34,065 bases of DNA from assembly GCA_964354005.1 (NCBI GenBank), contig CAYGYD010000004.1, positions 1 to 34,065 of the forward strand. Reading direction: 5' to 3'. The stretch is from an uncultured Dehalococcoidales bacterium. GTDB taxonomy: Bacteria; Chloroflexota; Dehalococcoidia; Dehalococcoidales; UBA2162. Positions 27,678 to 34,065 of this stretch are shown here, piece after piece. The notes below the pieces were generated by a model that saw only the letters and a program-made list of their open reading frames with translations, was not told the DNA's origin and ran no database searches. How positions within the stretch are numbered: the first letter of the stretch is position 1; each line of letters starts with the position of its first letter. The translations under genes and the position numbers were made by a program.

Positions 27678-28322
27678 GTGATTTACGAGGAGAGAGTTAC
27701 CACCGTCAGCATTACCGGTGTGAGAGACTATCTTCAGCTTTGCCGTGAGAGAACAATACCGGCCCTGAAATCGGCCGGGGCACAGGTGCTGGTTCTGCTG
27801 ACAGGGATGGTTGGGGACCTGGGCAACACTTTTTTGCAGATGACCGGCTTTCCCGATATTAACTCGTGGCAATCGGCTCAGGAAATTTTTGCTACCGGCC
27901 GGGAAAAGCTGGTGCAGAGCGAGGAGGTGCGGCTCCTTAAGTCAGTGGCATCTCAACCCAGGCCGGTGATATCTCAGGAAGACCGCCGCCCGGTCTACAG
28001 CTACCGCAAGCTCTTTATTGCGCCGGTTGATTTGCCCAAATTTGTCCAGCAGTCCGAGCAGGGTGTCTGGCCTCTATATGAAGCCGCTGGCTGCCGCATT
28101 CTGGGTCTCTGGACACCCATGGCCTCTATCAATCCGCTTGAGCTTATTCTCATGACTGGATACAAGAGCGCTGGCCACTGGGAAGAGACGCGCTTTCGGG
28201 AAGGTCGCCCTGAAGGTATTGATGGGACCACCTGGGAGCGTGGCCGCAGTCAAGTCGCTGAGCGCACTCAGCTGTCGGTGCGGGGTAGCTGGGTGCGGCT
28301 CTGGCGGGCCCACGATTTTTAG
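27678..28322 (+). CDS. Two-domain NIPSNAP family protein
   Basis: MIYEER start and a second repeat (VYSYRK...VWPLYEAAGCRILGLW); AAGGAGG RBS. Confidence 0.75.
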   Translation: MIYEERVTTVSITGVRDYLQLCRERTIPALKSAGAQVLVLLTGMVGDLGNTFLQMTGFPDINSWQSAQEIFATGREKLVQSEEVRLLKSVASQPRPVISQEDRRPVYSYRKLFIAPVDLPKFVQQSEQGVWPLYEAAGCRILGLWTPMASINPLELILMTGYKSAGHWEETRFREGRPEGIDGTTWERGRSQVAERTQLSVRGSWVRLWRAHDF

Positions 28323-28535
28323 GTGATAATACGGCTTATCTCACCCAGATGATGATTAGGGCGCAGTCCAGAAACTGAAAAAAATAGGTACTTTTGGGGC
28401 TAGACAAATAACTTTTTCTTCTGTAAACTGATAACTGCATGTCCTTGGATTGACCTCCTGCGCCGACCCGACCATTGCCGAAATTTGTCCTTCCTTCACA
28501 GGTGAAGGAAGCACGAGGCTGAAAGGAGCCGAGCA

Positions 28536-29621
28536 ATGGAGAATGAGGCGGGCACCTACCTCTGGGATGAGCCCAGTGACCGCAGTGGTGATATGCCGTG
28601 GCAGGACACGATTGACCTATTGAGGCTGGTGCAGAGCGATTACCAGGGCGCCCGCAAGCAGCTGGAGAAGGTCAGTCAGACTCTGGCGGAGAGAGAAGCG
28701 CTCGTCGACCAACGTCTTCAGCATGCCCTGGTGACCTCGGGTGGTTACCGGACTCTCTGCCTCGTGCCCCATCAAGCCGGGAGCACGGTTAGCCTCATGG
28801 GCCGGGCTATCCTCGGCGGAGTTGTGCGACCCACCGTCCTCCCCAAGTTAATGCGTCTTAAGGTTCGCTGTCTGGGCAGATTCGAGCTCGGTTCCAACTG
28901 GAAGAAGGTCGAGCGGTGGCAGAGTGTCAAGGCGAAATCCGTTTTCCAGTATCTCATGACCCGGCCGCGGGAGCCGATTATTAAGGACTTACTGATGGAG
29001 GCTCTCTGGCCTGATTGTGACCCCCAGGCCGCTAGTAATAATCTGAGGGCTGCCATATACGGTTTGCGCCAGACGCTCAGCCAGCTTCTCGAGAAGAAGG
29101 AGCCTTTCCCCTATGTTCTCTTTCTGCAGGGTAGTTATCTGCTGAGCCCTGAGGTCGAGTTGTGGGTTGATGTTGAGGAATTCGAGCGCCACTGGGTGAC
29201 AGGTCGTCGCCTGGACAGAGAAGGCAGAGTAACTGAAGCCATCCACGAATATGAACAAGCCGAGGCGTTATACCGGGGTGACTATCTTGAGGGGGAGCCC
29301 TATGAAGAGTGGACATTGCTGCGGCGCGAAGCGCTGAAGGATACCTATGTCATTATCCTGAGCAAGCTGGCTGACCACTCTATGAAGACAGCCGACTACG
29401 AGGGGTGTATCGTCTACTGTCAGAAGATTCTGGCCAAAGACCCCTGCCGTGAAGATGCCTACCGGCGGGTGATACGCTGCTACAGTCGGCTGGGTCAGAG
29501 GAACCGTGCCCTCCGCTGGTACGAAATCTGTCGCCGCACCGTTCAGGCCGAACTTGACACCACTCCTGACGACGAAACCGAAACCCTCCACCGCCAGCTC
29601 CTGAGAAACGAGCCAATTTAG
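28536..29621 (+). CDS. SARP/BTAD family transcriptional activator
   Basis: VRCLGRF, LMEALWP, WVDVEEF, LYRGDYL, DPCREDAYR, ALRWYE. No NB-ARC domain. Confidence 0.92.
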   Translation: MENEAGTYLWDEPSDRSGDMPWQDTIDLLRLVQSDYQGARKQLEKVSQTLAEREALVDQRLQHALVTSGGYRTLCLVPHQAGSTVSLMGRAILGGVVRPTVLPKLMRLKVRCLGRFELGSNWKKVERWQSVKAKSVFQYLMTRPREPIIKDLLMEALWPDCDPQAASNNLRAAIYGLRQTLSQLLEKKEPFPYVLFLQGSYLLSPEVELWVDVEEFERHWVTGRRLDREGRVTEAIHEYEQAEALYRGDYLEGEPYEEWTLLRREALKDTYVIILSKLADHSMKTADYEGCIVYCQKILAKDPCREDAYRRVIRCYSRLGQRNRALRWYEICRRTVQAELDTTPDDETETLHRQLLRNEPI

Positions 29622-29947
29622 CCGCCGAATTGTTGGTCTCAGGGCCTCGCTGAGTGAGAGCGCAGTTGGGGTCTTGACGCGGTTAAGAAACTGTGATTAA
29701 CTTAGCGGTGTTTGGAAGGGGCGACAGTGCCAACATAGATTCACGGTTGCGCTTGGGTTGGATGGTAATAAGGAGATTGACCTCAACACGCCTAGAACCA
29801 TAATTGGCGCGCAAAAACCGGTCCACACTGTCCTGCATCTTGCCGATTAAGCTGAAGGGTTAGGAAGGGGCGGCGAAGTTCCCCCTTTAGTCGAGTTTTC
29901 CTCTTCCCTCCAGGGGAAGAGTGAGAGGGAGGGGTTACAAAAGAGCG

Positions 29948-31156
29948 ATGGCACTTGAGGATATCATCAAGTTTCAGTTGAAGAAGGTGAACCCCTTTCA
30001 AGGCCTCATCATTGATGCCGATACCTGGCGAGATGCCCATAATTACCATCGGGACCAATTGCGACTCCACACACTGGCCTTCCATAAGACGGGAATAGTG
30101 GCTGGCCTTAATGTCACGGCGAGTAACCCGCCTGACCTTTCAATCACAGTGCACCCCGGCATGGGAGTTGACTCCGAAGGGAACATTGTTCTCGTCTCCC
30201 AGAAGCAGCGCTACCGGCTACAGACCCAGAAGGCGGGTGTGGTCTATTTGGTCATCCAGTTCCGTGAAGTGCCCAGCGAACCGTATCAGCCACCGAACGG
30301 CGGCCAGCCCACCCGCATTCTAGAAGCGTACCGCATTGAAGAGCGCGATAAACTGCCTGCCGAGCCTCATCTGGAACTGGCACGTATTGACGTCGACCCG
30401 GCCAAGGGTAAGATTGAAGATGCCAGGTTGGCCGCGACTCCGGCCAAGAATGAGATTGATTTGCGCTTCCGACAGGAAATGGTTGCGCCGGTGGTTGAGG
30501 CTCAGCCGGTTACCACTGTCATCAAGGAAGTCCCCATTAGGGAAACGCCAAGCCAGCCCGTAGAAACAATCACCTGGGGTCACACCGCGCTCGGGACGGC
30601 CAGCAAGGATTTGCATGTCACCGGCCTCAAGAATCTGGCCCGGGAATTGGGCCGACAGGGTAACTTGGCGGCTAATCTCGAGGAAAATATTCCTCTGGAT
30701 AAGGATTTGAAGCGCTACACGCTAGTCTATCTCACCGGTCGTGGGCAGTTTGAACTGGCGGCAGAACAGCAGGCGTCTCTCAATCGTTTCCTGCAGTCGG
30801 GTGGCGTTATTTTTGGCGAAGGCTGTACTGATGGCGAAGGCCAGACTAGGGGAGCCCGGGAGTTTGGCCTGGCCTTCAACCAATTGGCCAACCAGCTCAA
30901 ACGGAAGCTAGAGATTGTCAGGCGAGGTCACCCGCTCCTGTCCGTGCTATATGTTTTTTCAGATGTCCCCCAGGGTGCTGAGCCGGGCATGCTTCTTGAA
31001 GGCGGGCGCATAATTTACAGCGGTAGCGACTACGGCTGTGCTTGGCAGGGAGGACATCAAGACCAGCCTCTCTCCCGCGATATCATCCGTAGCTCATTTG
31101 AAATGGGAGTCAACATGGCCGTCTATGCCCGGATGATGAAAGCCACCGGACGCTAG
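29948..31156 (+). CDS. DUF4159-like C-terminal domain with an N-terminal eCIS/phage fibre-anchor-like domain
   Basis: N-terminal NPFQGLIIDADTWRDAHNYHR..RLH....TGIVAGLNV; C-terminal LVYLTG, RFLQSGG, HPL, DYGCAW and MGVN pattern. Family calls come from recall and were not searched. Confidence 0.65.
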   Translation: MALEDIIKFQLKKVNPFQGLIIDADTWRDAHNYHRDQLRLHTLAFHKTGIVAGLNVTASNPPDLSITVHPGMGVDSEGNIVLVSQKQRYRLQTQKAGVVYLVIQFREVPSEPYQPPNGGQPTRILEAYRIEERDKLPAEPHLELARIDVDPAKGKIEDARLAATPAKNEIDLRFRQEMVAPVVEAQPVTTVIKEVPIRETPSQPVETITWGHTALGTASKDLHVTGLKNLARELGRQGNLAANLEENIPLDKDLKRYTLVYLTGRGQFELAAEQQASLNRFLQSGGVIFGEGCTDGEGQTRGAREFGLAFNQLANQLKRKLEIVRRGHPLLSVLYVFSDVPQGAEPGMLLEGGRIIYSGSDYGCAWQGGHQDQPLSRDIIRSSFEMGVNMAVYARMMKATGR

Positions 31157-31205
31157 CCGATGTCCCCGGGTGTAGATGATATAATTTCACTTAGGAGCTA
31201 AGAAA

Positions 31206-32966
31206 ATGGCAGGCAAAATTGGAGTAACCATTGCCCCCACATCCTTCTCGCTTCTTGCCGGGGATACGGTGCCAGCCACGGTTTCCCTGCGTAATCTGGG
31301 CCAGACGGTTGACCAGTTCACCGTCAGCATTGACGGCCTTGACCCGAGCTGGTATACCCTGCCCGTCGCCAGCGTGGCCCTCTTCCCCAACGACCAGGAC
31401 AGTCTGAAAATCAATCTCCACCCACCCAAAACAGGTGTCAAGGCTGGTTCCTACCGCTTCCGGGTCAACGTGGCGTCTCGGGAGAATCCGGCGGAGGCGG
31501 CCGCGACTGACTTGACTCTGCAGGTGGGGGCTCTGCCGGAGATGGGACTGGAAATCTCGCCGCCGAGCATTACTGGTCGGAAGGGTGTCTATCGCGTACT
31601 GGTTACCAATCCGGGCGATGCTGAGATAAGGCTGGACTTTAAAGCCAGTGATGCCCGTGGGAACCTCAGGTTCTCACTCCGCCCGGAAAGCCTGAAAGTG
31701 CCGCCTAATGGCCGGACCGAGACAGTCCTAGAGGTGCGGCTGAGCTGGCTGGCTTTGTTTGGCGGTAAAAGTGAGCTCGATTTTCAGGTGCAGGCCTCGA
31801 TGCTGGGCGCTGAGGAAGGCCGTACCGTCAACGGACAACTAATCCGGGTCCCTTGGTGGGAACCCTTGACCAAGCTACGCATACCCTGGCTGGCACGCCC
31901 ACCGGCTATCAGCAGTTTCAAAGCGGCGACAGAAGACCGCCGGGAGTTCAAACTAACCTGGTCGGTAAGGCGAGCGGCTGAGGTGACACTGGATGGCGAG
32001 CGAGTTGAGCCTCAGGAGGAGCGAGCAGTACGGCCGGCTGAGGCCAGAGAGTATGTCCTCGCCGCCAGCAATAAGTATGGCAGTACCAGTCAGACTGTTA
32101 CTGTCCAGCCCCTGGCCATGCCAAAGGCCAAAGTTTCTGACAAGATTAGAGCCTCGCTTATGCCTACTGAGTTGAAGGTGACTGCTGGGGCGGTGCCGGC
32201 CATTGCCAGCCTGCAACTCCAGAACCTCAGCGAAATTGTCGACAAGTTTACGGTTGAAGTGGAGGGGCTGGAGGAGACCTGGTATAGTCGCTCGGCCTCA
32301 AGCGTGGCTTTAATGCCTCAGGCCAGTGGTCAGGCGCAAATCACCTTCCAGCCACCGAAGCACAAGGGCGTCAGGGCGGGTACTTATCCCTTTGCCGTAA
32401 CCGTGCGCTCTCAGAGCGTGGCCGGGGAATCGGCTAGCATTGTCGGTCAGTTAGAGGTACTGCCGCAAGTAGAGTTCAAGGTGGCGGTGCGACCCTACCG
32501 GGTGTCGAGCCGCCGTAAGGGTAAGTTCCGGGTGAACCTGGCTAATACCAATGTCAGCGATGCCAGTTTTGTACTTGATGCCACTGACCTGGACGAGGGC
32601 CTGCGCTTCCAGTTCAAGGAGGACAACCCAACAGTTTCCGCCTGGAATAGTGTTGATGTGCCGATGCTTGCCCGGCCCAAACGCGGATCAACGGTTGGCG
32701 AGAAGAAGCGCTACGACATTACAGTCACGGCCCGGACTGAAGATGGCAGGACACAATCAACAAACTGTGAATTTCACCATAATCCGTTCATGGCTTCGTG
32801 GCGGCCGGTCCTGCGCTTGGTCAGAGCGATTGTGGTCATCGGTGCCATTGTTGCGCTAGTTTATTTTATCCTGCGGTGGGGTGGTGGCTGGAGTACCTTG
32901 ACCAGGAGTCCGCAGACCTGGGTTAATAATCTGGTCAACACGGTTGAAGGCTGGTTCTTCCGGTAA
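31206..32966 (+). CDS. Multi Ig-like repeat (COG1470-like) protein with a C-terminal TM helix
   Basis: Duplicated module (LRNLGQTVDQFTVSIDGLDPSWY / LQNLSEIVDKFTVEVEGLEETWY); TM AIVVIGAIVALVYFIL; no signal peptide. Confidence 0.8.
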   Translation: MAGKIGVTIAPTSFSLLAGDTVPATVSLRNLGQTVDQFTVSIDGLDPSWYTLPVASVALFPNDQDSLKINLHPPKTGVKAGSYRFRVNVASRENPAEAAATDLTLQVGALPEMGLEISPPSITGRKGVYRVLVTNPGDAEIRLDFKASDARGNLRFSLRPESLKVPPNGRTETVLEVRLSWLALFGGKSELDFQVQASMLGAEEGRTVNGQLIRVPWWEPLTKLRIPWLARPPAISSFKAATEDRREFKLTWSVRRAAEVTLDGERVEPQEERAVRPAEAREYVLAASNKYGSTSQTVTVQPLAMPKAKVSDKIRASLMPTELKVTAGAVPAIASLQLQNLSEIVDKFTVEVEGLEETWYSRSASSVALMPQASGQAQITFQPPKHKGVRAGTYPFAVTVRSQSVAGESASIVGQLEVLPQVEFKVAVRPYRVSSRRKGKFRVNLANTNVSDASFVLDATDLDEGLRFQFKEDNPTVSAWNSVDVPMLARPKRGSTVGEKKRYDITVTARTEDGRTQSTNCEFHHNPFMASWRPVLRLVRAIVVIGAIVALVYFILRWGGGWSTLTRSPQTWVNNLVNTVEGWFFR

Positions 32967-32974
32967 GTTAATAG

Positions 32975-33616
<642 letters not shown>

Positions 33617-33638
33617 GGCTCAATCCGGCGGCCATGTC

Positions 33639-33669
33639 AAAAAGAGAGGGGTGAAGCCCCTCTCTTTTT
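33639..33669. terminator. Bidirectional intrinsic terminator
   Basis: AAAAAGAGAGGGG-TGAAG-CCCCTCTCTTTTT between convergent genes. Confidence 0.85.
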
Positions 33670-33730
33670 GTACTTGTGGTCAGCAATGGGGGGTGGGGTA
33701 TAACGGCGTAACTGGACTAGGCCGGGTGTC

Positions 33731-34065
33731 TCAGATTGGTACCTCGATGGTTACGGTTGAACCTTTGCCCGGCTGCGAATCTACGGCGAGGGTAGCGCCA
33801 ACCAGTTGAGCGCGCTCCTGCATTCCGGCTAGGCCCAGCTTACCGTACCGGGCCAGGTCACTGATTGTTCTGGGCGGGTCAAATCCCTTGCCGTTGTCAA
33901 TCACGGTTATTTTTAGCTTTTTCTCACCGAACTCCAGTACCACCTCAGCCTGGGTAGCCTGTGAATGTCGCCAGACATTTCTCAGTGCTTCCTGGGTGAT
34001 ACGGAAGAGTACCAGCTCTACCTCCTCAGGCAGTCGCCGTTCGGTACCGATTACCTTGACCTTCG
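33731..34065 (-). CDS. NarX/DegS-type sensor histidine kinase, HATPase_c domain (3' part)
   Basis: Open to the window edge: ...ERRLPEEVELVLFRITQEALRNVWRHS...DNGKGF...GLAGMQER...GKGSTV. Confidence 0.9.
   Translation of the reverse strand, partial: KVKVIGTERRLPEEVELVLFRITQEALRNVWRHSQATQAEVVLEFGEKKLKITVIDNGKGFDPPRTISDLARYGKLGLAGMQERAQLVGATLAVDSQPGKGSTVTIEVPI

Noticed and set aside
28495-28520. SRP RNA-like CAGGT...GAAGGAAGCA
   Set aside because: Lacks the CCGGAAGG loop arrangement and the long flanking stem; it is a simple hairpin.

Overview
A gene-dense bacterial chromosome segment. Gene content and intergenic repeat style suggest an anaerobic Chloroflexota (Dehalococcoidia-like) organism; this is inference only. 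From left to right it holds: the 5' part of pcrA; an ars operon (arsR, a 70-aa ORF, acr3, arsM) with a clear promoter and operator; an enoyl-CoA hydratase and a double hot-dog protein; a coiled-coil protein; an unusual RRM-methyltransferase fusion; a DUF3303-like gene; a PP2C-like phosphatase heading three family III CoA-transferases; a glutaminyl cyclase and tatD; an internally shortened FAD oxidoreductase behind a second ArsR; a catabolic cluster (FrhB-like, iorAB, split UxaA/SuyAB-type dehydratase, HpcH aldolase, and divergent LUD/LUD-CCG/NIPSNAP genes); a BTAD regulator followed by genes resembling contractile injection system (eCIS) accessory proteins and a collagen-stalk surface protein; and the 3' end of a NarX/DegS-type kinase. 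The non-coding highlights are a c-di-GMP-II-like riboswitch with an altered P1, a stem-enclosed pseudoknot next to the RRM-methyltransferase, three MITE/BIME-like palindromic elements, and a motif shared by two distant promoter regions.
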